Part shown: piece by piece, positions 41,181-49,100 of the stretch
Position numbering within the stretch: position 1 is the first letter of the stretch
How the letters are laid out: each line of letters starts with the position of its first letter
Assembly (NCBI GenBank): GCA_963666835.2
Contig: CAXXGO010000001.1
Coordinates: forward strand, 480,001-544,000
Length of the DNA stretch: 64,000 bases
Direction: 5' to 3'
DNA from: Phycisphaerae bacterium
GTDB taxonomy: Bacteria; Planctomycetota; Phycisphaerae; UBA1845
Notes under the pieces: generated by a model
Databases searched by the model: none
Told to the model about the DNA's origin: nothing
What the model saw: only the letters and a program-made list of their open reading frames with translations
Translations under genes and position numbers: made by a program

Positions 41181-41883
41181 CGTCTGGTGTCGGTCGTCCC
41201 CACGGCTCGAAACCTGAGATCAGACATCGGCCCGCGCGGTGTGATTCGGCCAGCAACCTCCGGGTTATGAGCCTTACATGCTACTTGGCGCCTAAACCAT
41301 TGTCAGCACGTAACCTACAGCGTTTTCAAGAGGTTGCATGTCGTTTTCCCAACTCTACATGTGCAACATGTTCACCATGTAGAGCACCATTTTGGGCCTC
41401 ATTCTGGTCACCCCCTGCGCGCGAGTCAACCCGACCGCAGAGGTACGGTCGCATCCGCCGAGTATGCGTGCCAGTGCATCCAGTTGTCTCACGCGGTTTT
41501 GGACGTGGCGGCCATGCCCGTCTCCCCGGCTTCCGGCAGTCGGGTTCAACAGGTGCGCGCACTCCCAACACCAGTCTGACGCGGAAGCCAGACGGACAAG
41601 GTGTCCGTCCCGATGCGTGGCAACAACTGCCAGCGTAGCGCATGGCTGGTGGTCGTCTCGTCGGCGGAAGCGCTGAGGATCAGTCACGGACGCGTCCGAA
41701 CGTCCAGCTTGGCAAGCCGCCTTTTTACCACGGTCGCGTGCTGAAATGCCGCACAACAAGCCAAGGAGCACGAAATCAAGTGCGGATTTGCGCGAATCCA
41801 GCTACTATCAGCGAGCCGATCATGTATACTACTATTAGTGGCTGGAGCCGCTGCGTACCAAGCGGCCGGCCCGACAGCTGTTC

Positions 41884-41989
41884 TCGGATGACTTGATAAA
41901 GGGCAACCCGGCCGCGCCGGGTGGCTCGTTGCAGAGTAAGCCGACGTGGTTGAGCACCTTCGGGTGTTTGACCACGTCGGCTTTTTTTT
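41884..41989 (+). promoter_or_regulatory. Conserved structured RNA leader with intrinsic terminator (candidate riboswitch/attenuator), copy A
   Basis: TCGGATGACTTGATAAAGGGCAACCCGGC..GCCGGG..GTTGCAGAGTAAGCCGA followed by a long stem and T8; two more copies in the window. Confidence 0.8.
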
Positions 41990-42110
41990 GGGCTTGCAGT
42001 GACTTGAGGAGGTTGCAACCACCGAGAACCGTGAGGAGCGAAGTGAGTGCTGGTCCGTGCAGCTGGGGACGGGGCTGGGCAGGCACGAAGCGAGGTGCAC
42101 CGATACGAGA

Positions 42111-42980
42111 ATGACCATGGTACAGTTGATTCCCAAGTCTACGACGACACAACACAGGCGGAAGGACACTTCAGTGTCACGCGATGCCGCCGTATCACGC
42201 GTTGCAGACAGCTACGAGCTTTATGTCACCCAACACGTGCAATCGGTGTTTCGCCCAGGTGCAAAGTGGAGGTGCCCCGGGGTACAGATTGACGCGGCCG
42301 GGTTCATTAGCGGCCGACCCGGTGGAGATTTCTATATAGCTGCGCTCGGTCCGCACAACGAGGTGTCACTCGCAGTCGGAACCGTCAAGGGCAGTGGGTT
42401 GTTGCCGACGCTGTGCAAAGCGTTGATTGCTGCTCTCATCCATATGCAAGCGCGTCGAGCGTCTCCACCAAGCGTCCTCGTTCAGAAGGTCAGTTCTCTT
42501 TTGTGCGAGTTCAACAAAAATGCGCCGCGCCTCCCGGTCGTCTGCTCCATGTTCACCGTATTGATCGACAGGAGGCGGGAAACGTTTGAGTACTGCAGAG
42601 CTGGCGACTGCCGGCCGTTTCTGCAGACAGAGGACAGTCAGTGGTTCGAGCTTCCTCCCACCTGCCGAGGCCTAGGATGCGCGGCAGAGACAGACACCGA
42701 TGCCCATGCCTTGGTTATGGAGGCAAGCCAGATCGAGCGGCTCGCTGTCATTACTGCCGGTTGCTCAGGTAACGGGAAAGGAACGACTAATAATGTGGGT
42801 GCTGCTCTCCTATCGTCGATCCCTTGTGGATCGGCGAGCCGACAAGTACGCGCCATGTTAGCGAAGATCTGTCCGGAACGGTATCACGGCGCGTGTCCGG
42901 AGCGTGAAGTCTCGGTGGTCGTCGCAGATCTGCGCTACAGTGAAGACTCTGATGCGCCTGCGACAACCAGCCCGTGTTGA
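42111..42980 (+). CDS. SpoIIE/PP2C-like phosphatase-fold protein, apparently degenerate
   Basis: GGDFY motif, but the usual D(V)xGxG and TDG metal-binding aspartates appear replaced (GTVKGSG, ITAG). Confidence 0.6.
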   Translation: MTMVQLIPKSTTTQHRRKDTSVSRDAAVSRVADSYELYVTQHVQSVFRPGAKWRCPGVQIDAAGFISGRPGGDFYIAALGPHNEVSLAVGTVKGSGLLPTLCKALIAALIHMQARRASPPSVLVQKVSSLLCEFNKNAPRLPVVCSMFTVLIDRRRETFEYCRAGDCRPFLQTEDSQWFELPPTCRGLGCAAETDTDAHALVMEASQIERLAVITAGCSGNGKGTTNNVGAALLSSIPCGSASRQVRAMLAKICPERYHGACPEREVSVVVADLRYSEDSDAPATTSPC

Positions 42981-43072
42981 GGCGAGCGAACGCGTCAAGA
43001 CATCATGGAAGTCTGAACCAGTTTGGCGGACAGGTGGTGTCAGCCTGTCCCCGCATGGTGAGGTATAATGCG

Positions 43073-44545
43073 ATGAGAGTGTTGATGGTCTCAACGGCTA
43101 CGCCGAACACCTTCTGGAGCTACAAGCACGTCCTGTCGTTCATCTCAAAGAAGTCGTGTTTTCCGCCGCTGGGTTTGTTGACCGTCGCGGCGATGCTCCC
43201 AAAGCGCTGGGACCTCAAGCTCGTCGATCTCAACGTTACATCGCTCACCGACGCACAACTCGCGTGGGCGGATTACGTGTTTGTCTCGGCCATGCTCGTG
43301 CAGGCCGATTCCGCGCGGGAAGTCATCGCCCGGTGCAGCGAGCTGGGCAAGACCGTCGTTGCCGGCGGCCCCCTGTTCACCACCGGCCACGCGGGATTCC
43401 CCGAGGTGAAGCACTTCGTCCTCGGCGAGGCAGAAGACATTATGCCCGAACTCGTGGCTGACATGGTCTCCGGAAAGCTCAGGAAGTACTACCGTTGTGA
43501 AGAACGGCCCGATATTTGGAAGACGCCGGTACCCCGGTGGGACTTGATCAACCTCAAGCACTACGTCCTGATGCCGCTTCAGTTTTCGCGCGGCTGCCCG
43601 TTTGATTGCGAGTTCTGCGACATCATCGTGATGAACGGCCGAGTACCGCGCCTGAAAAGCAACGAGCAGATGATCCGCGAACTGGAGAGCCTTGTGGACG
43701 CAGGCTGGACCGACCCGATATTCATTGTGGACGACAACTTCATTGGAAATAGGACAAAGGTAAAGGCGTTCCTTCGTGAACTCATCGTGTGGCAGCAGCA
43801 ACGCAGCATCCGGCTGCAGTTCACGACTGAGGCCTCGTTGAACCTAGCGGACGATCCGGAACTGCTAGACCTGATGGTTCGTGCGGGCTTCAAGAAGGTC
43901 TTCGTCGGGATCGAAACGCCGCAGGAGGACAGCCTGCTCGAATGTGGAAAAGTCCAGAACGCCAAGCGCGACATGCTCAGCGCCGTCAAGGCGATCCAGA
44001 AGTCCGGTCTCGAGGTGATGGGTGGCTTCATCGTCGGATTCGACAGCGACAAGCCCAACATCTTCGAGCGACAGATCAGGTTTATCCAGGAGGCCGGCGT
44101 CGTGACGGCCATGGTCGGTCTGCTCCAGGCGCTGCCGGGGACGCGGCTCTTTTCGCGGCTCAGCCAGGAAGGTCGCATCCTTCACGACGCGAGCGGAAAC
44201 AACGTCGACGCAAGCCTGAATTTCGTCCCCAAGCTCGATCGCGAAGTGTTGATCGAAGGCTACCGCGCGCTCGTGAAACGCCTATACACGCCGAAGATGT
44301 ACTATCGGCGCATCCTGACGTTCCTGCGCGAGTATCGTCCGCAGGGGCGACGCTTCCACCTATCCTGGTGCGACGCGAAGGCGTTCTTCAAGTCGCTCTT
44401 GGTCATGGGTGTCCTGAGCCGCGGGCGACGGGAGTACTGGAAGTTCTTCACGCAGGCGTTGCTCTTCCACCGCCGCGCTTTCCCGGAGGCTATGACGCTC
44501 GCGATCATCGGATATCACTTTCGGCGCGTCGCGTCGGCGTTGTAG
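43073..44545 (+). CDS. B12-binding radical SAM protein (DUF4070-type C-terminus)
   Basis: PPLGLLTVAAMLP; SRGCPFDCEFC (CxxxCxxC); DDNF; GGFIVGFD. Confidence 0.88.
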   Translation: MRVLMVSTATPNTFWSYKHVLSFISKKSCFPPLGLLTVAAMLPKRWDLKLVDLNVTSLTDAQLAWADYVFVSAMLVQADSAREVIARCSELGKTVVAGGPLFTTGHAGFPEVKHFVLGEAEDIMPELVADMVSGKLRKYYRCEERPDIWKTPVPRWDLINLKHYVLMPLQFSRGCPFDCEFCDIIVMNGRVPRLKSNEQMIRELESLVDAGWTDPIFIVDDNFIGNRTKVKAFLRELIVWQQQRSIRLQFTTEASLNLADDPELLDLMVRAGFKKVFVGIETPQEDSLLECGKVQNAKRDMLSAVKAIQKSGLEVMGGFIVGFDSDKPNIFERQIRFIQEAGVVTAMVGLLQALPGTRLFSRLSQEGRILHDASGNNVDASLNFVPKLDREVLIEGYRALVKRLYTPKMYYRRILTFLREYRPQGRRFHLSWCDAKAFFKSLLVMGVLSRGRREYWKFFTQALLFHRRAFPEAMTLAIIGYHFRRVASAL

Positions 44546-44589
44546 AGCGAACCGGGTTCACTCGGAAATGGGGGCCATGAAGGCAGCGG

Positions 44590-44970
44590 CTACGGCTTCT
44601 TCTTCTCGCGCACGAGGGGCGACTCGGCCAGGGTGAAGACCACGATCTCTTCTCCGGTGGTGGTGCTGATGTCGTGGTGGAGGCTCACTACGTTGACGCC
44701 CGTGACCTCCAAGACCATCGATTCCAAGACCGCCCGGGCTGCCTCGATCAGCTGGATCCGCACTTCTTTGAGCAGGGCCCTACCTCTTTCGCTCGAGAGA
44801 GACTGGACGAGGTGCTGCTCGGCCGCGGTCAGAACGCCCACGAGACGGATCACGACGAGATCGCCAATCAGGTGGGACTGGATATTCTTCGGCCCGCGGC
44901 CCATGAACTCCTGTTCAAAACGCCTGATGCCCTCGCCAATGGCAGCCTCGATCTCTCCCTGTGTTTTCAT
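44590..44970 (-). CDS. DUF2294 / MpsC-family protein
   Basis: GGAGG RBS; EQEFMGRGPK, GVLTAAEQHL, VTGVNVVSLHHDISTTTGEEIVVFTL. Confidence 0.88.
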   Translation of the reverse strand: MKTQGEIEAAIGEGIRRFEQEFMGRGPKNIQSHLIGDLVVIRLVGVLTAAEQHLVQSLSSERGRALLKEVRIQLIEAARAVLESMVLEVTGVNVVSLHHDISTTTGEEIVVFTLAESPLVREKKKP

Positions 44971-45199
44971 CGTGACCTCCAGCCTGCCCCGCGTAGCGGT
45001 CGGTTCTGGCACAGCTGAGATGTTCACTCGGCCACTAGCGCGACCCTCTGATCCCGTAACCTGCAGAACACGATATCGACCACCGGGCAATAAACCTACT
45101 CATTCTTGAGGAATCCGGCAACCATCGGCGCGCCGATGTAGTATACTATAGTAGTGAGCGAGGTCGCTGTGCGCTCTACGGCGGCTCCGGTCGAGGTTT

Positions 45200-45304
45200 T
45201 CGGATGACTTAATGAAGGGCAACCCGGCGCTGCCGGGGCGTCCGTTGAAGAGTAAGCCGACGTGGTTGAGCACCTTTGGGTGCTTGGCCGCGTCGGCTTT
45301 TTTT
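45200..45304 (+). promoter_or_regulatory. Conserved structured RNA leader with intrinsic terminator, copy B
   Basis: TCGGATGACTTAATGAAGGGCAACCCGGC..GCCGGG..GTTGAAGAGTAAGCCGA followed by stem and T7; upstream TATACT -10-like box shared with copy A. Confidence 0.8.
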
Positions 45305-45362
45305 GTTCTTGGCGGCCGCGGTGGTGCGGACGAACGATCCTTTCGCAGAAAGGTGCAGAGAC

Positions 45363-45812
45363 ATGTTAAGAACCCGATGGCATCCTTTGGGCGTGGTGTG
45401 GCCGGAGATGAACCGTCTGCCGGCGGAAATGGAGCATAGGTTAGGCCGTTTTGTGATGAACGACCCGAGGCGGCTTGCCCACAGCGCCTATCCGCCGCTC
45501 AACCTCTGGGAGGACGACAACAACCTGTACGTCGAAGCGGAACTTCCCGAGCTTGAGGTGACCGACCTGGAGATCTTTGTCAAAGGCGACAACGAGCTGT
45601 CGATCAAAGGCGAGCGCAAGCAACCCGAACTGGGAGAGGGCAAGTGGCATCGTCGGGAGCGAGGCCATGGTGAGTTCTCGCGGGTGGGCGTGTTGCCTCA
45701 CTACGTGGACAGCGACAAGGTCACGGCCAAATTCAGGCACGGTGTGTTGACCATCACGTTGCCGAAGCGAAAGGAGGCCCAGGCGCGGCGAATCGAGGCC
45801 AAAGCCACCTAA
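45363..45812 (+). CDS. Hsp20/alpha-crystallin small heat-shock protein
   Basis: YPPLNLWED, EAELP, RRERGHGEFSR, AKFRHGVLTITLPK. Confidence 0.9.
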   Translation: MLRTRWHPLGVVWPEMNRLPAEMEHRLGRFVMNDPRRLAHSAYPPLNLWEDDNNLYVEAELPELEVTDLEIFVKGDNELSIKGERKQPELGEGKWHRRERGHGEFSRVGVLPHYVDSDKVTAKFRHGVLTITLPKRKEAQARRIEAKAT

Positions 45813-45971
45813 TTCCGACACCGGCCGCGTCTCGCCCGCCTTCCACGTCGGCAGGTTGGGTCGAAAGTGGCCATGTCACGGGAGGTGGGCCTCGACACGA
45901 AATCGGCGGTCAATGCGAGCGCGAAACAACGTTTTGGAACGTATTTTCTTGACAAAGTGGAGGTGCAAACC

Positions 45972-46367
45972 ATGACACCAACCTTAACGACGGAAGAAAC
46001 CCACAGCGACGTTGCCCCCGTGGAACGTACACTCGGTGGGATTACTTTCAGTCCCCGGTTCGACATCTGGGAGAACGACGACGAGACGATTCTGTACGGC
46101 GATCTACCCGGTGTCATGCCGAGGGATTTGGATGTTAGCTTCGAAAAGCCCGTGCTGACGATTCACGGCAAAGTCAGTCCGCGCCACGATGACATCAAGT
46201 TCCTGCACGGCGAATACGGAATCGGCGATTTTCACCGTACGTTCACCATCGGCGAAGCGATCGACACGGAGAGGATCTCCGCCGAATTCAAGAACGGTGT
46301 CCTGACCGTGCATTTGCCGAAGGACGAGAAGGTGAAACCGCGTGAGATCGAGGTCAAATGCCGCTGA
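45972..46367 (+). CDS. Hsp20/alpha-crystallin small heat-shock protein
   Basis: GGAGG RBS; PRFDIWE, DLPGV, AEFKNGVLTVHLPK. Confidence 0.9.
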   Translation: MTPTLTTEETHSDVAPVERTLGGITFSPRFDIWENDDETILYGDLPGVMPRDLDVSFEKPVLTIHGKVSPRHDDIKFLHGEYGIGDFHRTFTIGEAIDTERISAEFKNGVLTVHLPKDEKVKPREIEVKCR

Positions 46368-46616
46368 TGCAAAGACCTCTGAGGAATCGTATCTGGTTCG
46401 AAATCGGAGCCGCTGGCGCCGAAGGCAAAGGACGCTGCGCTGAGCCCTCCTCGTGTCACCACAATGAAAGGTCTTCCAGTTGCTCCATTCTGATCATCCT
46501 GCTGCCTACGGGACGCACGTGATCACCAGCGCAGCGAGATCGTCTGCGCTCAAGAAGGAGGTCTGGTTATGACTCGATTCGCTTGGATGACTGATTGATC
46601 TAAAAGGAGAATCTTC

Positions 46617-47603
46617 ATGGATCCTATCGTGTATGCAGTGATCTTCGCCGTTGTCGTTCCTTTAGTGGTCTTTTTCTCGGGCATCAGGCTTGTTCGTCCA
46701 ACACACAAGGGACTCGTCGAGAGGCTCGGCAGGTACCGGCGCTTCGCGAATCCGGGTTTCAACTGGATCATCCCTGTCATTGACAGAATGATCAAGGTCA
46801 ACACGACGGAGCAGATGGTTGATGCCCAGCCGCAAGAGATCATCACCAACGACAATCTCAACGCCAGGGTGGATGCCCAAGTCTACTTCAAAGTGAAGGA
46901 CGACGAGGAAAGCGTCAAGAGTTCCCAGTACCACGTCAACAACTACCAGAGTCAGATTGTCAGCCTGGCTCGGACGACACTCCGCAATATCATCGGCACG
47001 TTAACCCTGAAATCCGCCAACAGCGAACGAGACAACATCAACGGTGCGCTTCTGACTACGTTGAGCAAGGAAACCATGAGCTGGGGAATGGCGATTGTCA
47101 GGACCGAACTGAAGGAAATCGACCCTCCCAAGGATGTCCAGGAGACGATGAACAAGGTTGTCAAAGCGGAGAACGAGAAGGTAGCCGCCTTGGATTTCGC
47201 CAACGCGGTCGAGAGACAGGCGGATGGGGAAAAGAGGGCGGAGATCAAGAAGGCCGAAGGCATCAGGCAGGCCAAGATTCTTGCGGCGGAGGGCGAGGCC
47301 CAGGCAATAAAGCTCGTGAATGAGGCGGCGAACACATACTTCATTGGAAACGCACAGCTTCTGAGGAAGCTGGAGGCCCTCGAGAGCTCATTGAGCCACA
47401 ATGCCAAGATCGTCATTCCGTCAGGCTGTGAACTGGTCAATGTCATCGGAGAGATGGCCGGCGTTTTGCCGCTGGCGGGCGGAAACGGACGACGCCGAAG
47501 CGAAGACGGAAAACACGGGTCCGCGGAGTTGGCGCGGGCGGCCCAGCGGGTGGTCAAGCCTTCTGTTATGAGGGAGGAGGTCCGCTCGCAGCCTGCGCTG
47601 TAG
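46617..47603 (+). CDS. SPFH/band 7 (stomatin-like) membrane protein
   Basis: N-terminal TM helix; GLVERLGRY...PGFNWIIP, QEIITNDN, ELKEIDPP. Confidence 0.9.
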   Translation: MDPIVYAVIFAVVVPLVVFFSGIRLVRPTHKGLVERLGRYRRFANPGFNWIIPVIDRMIKVNTTEQMVDAQPQEIITNDNLNARVDAQVYFKVKDDEESVKSSQYHVNNYQSQIVSLARTTLRNIIGTLTLKSANSERDNINGALLTTLSKETMSWGMAIVRTELKEIDPPKDVQETMNKVVKAENEKVAALDFANAVERQADGEKRAEIKKAEGIRQAKILAAEGEAQAIKLVNEAANTYFIGNAQLLRKLEALESSLSHNAKIVIPSGCELVNVIGEMAGVLPLAGGNGRRRSEDGKHGSAELARAAQRVVKPSVMREEVRSQPAL

Positions 47604-47685
47604 ATGCTGGTCGGCATTCATGCGGTCAGTAGAGGATGTACGGAGCCACCGGTGACGTTTGATTCGGCTCCGATCACAGTCTGAG

Positions 47686-47788
47686 TCGGATGACTTAATG
47701 AAGGGCAACCTGGCCGTGCCGGGGGGCTCGTTGAAGAGTAAGCCGGCGTGGTCAGACACCTTATGGTGTCCCACCGCGCCGGCTTTTT
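47686..47788 (+). promoter_or_regulatory. Conserved structured RNA leader with intrinsic terminator, copy C
   Basis: TCGGATGACTTAATGAAGGGCAACCTGGC..GCCGGG..GTTGAAGAGTAAGCCGG followed by a stem with compensatory changes and T5; directly upstream of a DUF2294 gene. Confidence 0.8.
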
Positions 47789-47836
47789 CTCGCTTGCAGT
47801 GGTAGTGGACGGCCGTAGCGGCCAGGGAGGAACGCC

Positions 47837-48256
47837 ATGGACAAACCCAATTCAACAATGGCGCGCCAGATTGCCCAGGCGGCCAGTGTTTTCGAGCAGC
47901 AGAGGACGGGCAACACACCCAAGTCCGTGACCGTGGTGCTGAGCGACACCACGCTGGTGATCACGCTGCACGGGGCCTTGTCGGAGGCCGAGAAGGCCCT
48001 GGCGAGAAGTCCCGAGGGTGCCGCTCAGATACAAGACTTTCACCGACAGCTGTTCGCCAACGCCTCCGAGTCGTTGCGACAGGAGATCAAGAGGATTACT
48101 GGCGTGGAGGTGCGTGAGGCTACCGCGGAAGTCGAGCCGGCTACCGGCACCGTGGTAGGCGTGTTCACAAGCGGCACGACGGTACAGGTATACCAGCTCG
48201 CGCATGGCGTACCCACGGACACCTGGAACGGGAGTGAACGAGGCGACCAATCATGA
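47837..48256 (+). CDS. DUF2294 / MpsC-family protein (second paralog)
   Basis: GGAGG RBS; FEQQRTGNTPKSVTV, LHGALSEAEKAL, ITGVEV. Confidence 0.8.
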   Translation: MDKPNSTMARQIAQAASVFEQQRTGNTPKSVTVVLSDTTLVITLHGALSEAEKALARSPEGAAQIQDFHRQLFANASESLRQEIKRITGVEVREATAEVEPATGTVVGVFTSGTTVQVYQLAHGVPTDTWNGSERGDQS

Positions 48257-48491
48257 GATCGGGGGTTCTACCACGTTCCTTTTGTCGAGGAAGAACCGTA
48301 AATCCGTGGTTGCCGGATGTTCCAACTGCGTCGGGCGCCTTCTGCGGATCATGGTGCTCGTGTTTTATGACGGGACCGCAAGTCCGGGCTTTGAAGCCGG
48401 TGACGGTTTCCCTGTCCATCGTTGGGAGGTGTGCGAACGGATTCGCGCCGGTGTCGGGCTGGAAGCAGGTTGACTGACAAGGAGAACACCG

Positions 48492-48935
48492 ATGGGTAAG
48501 ACGAACGTCGAACGACGAAACCACGCGTGGTTTGCCCTGGCAGACGCAGAGCATTGTCGGCTCTTGTGCTGCCGCTTGACTGAACAAGGCACGCCACACG
48601 TTGACGAGTATGAAGCGATCGAGAACAAGTTTCCAGAACGTGAACACCTGCGGCCGCAGACCGGGGACGGCATGACCCATGATGTCGAGGAGAAGGAGCG
48701 ACGTTTCACGGGGAAGATCGTGGAAAGGTTGCAGGAGAACGCCAAGAAGCACGAGATCGATTGCCTGGTCATCTTCGCGCCCGCTCGCATGCTCGGCGAA
48801 CTCCGGAAGGCTTCCTCCCGACTGCTACCGGGACACCTTAAGGAACTCGAAGGCAATCTGATGCGCCTCGATGCCGGCCAGTTGGCAGAACATCCGATGG
48901 TCCGCGACCTGGTGCGGACCACGCAAGAGCCATGA
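48492..48935 (+). CDS. Host attachment protein / baeRF-like domain protein
   Basis: AAGGAG RBS; WFALADAEHCRL and LVIFAPARMLGELRK motifs. Confidence 0.7.
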   Translation: MGKTNVERRNHAWFALADAEHCRLLCCRLTEQGTPHVDEYEAIENKFPEREHLRPQTGDGMTHDVEEKERRFTGKIVERLQENAKKHEIDCLVIFAPARMLGELRKASSRLLPGHLKELEGNLMRLDAGQLAEHPMVRDLVRTTQEP

Positions 48936-49100
48936 TGTTCGGAGCCGTAATCATGAGCACGCTCTGCGGGGCGAACCGGTGGCCGTATGCAATCCGCATT
49001 GTGAGGACGTTGAGGGCTTGAACAGACACGGAGACCAGCTCATGCAACAACGAAAATCTGGAATTGGAGCGGAGCTGCGACATCACATGGAGTGCCTTTG

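Noticed and set aside
41884..41945. RNA leader as a c-di-GMP-I riboswitch because of AGGGCAACC
   Set aside because: It lacks the GCAAAC/GNRA tetraloop, the GACGCAAAGC junction and the receptor stem; the rest of the consensus differs.
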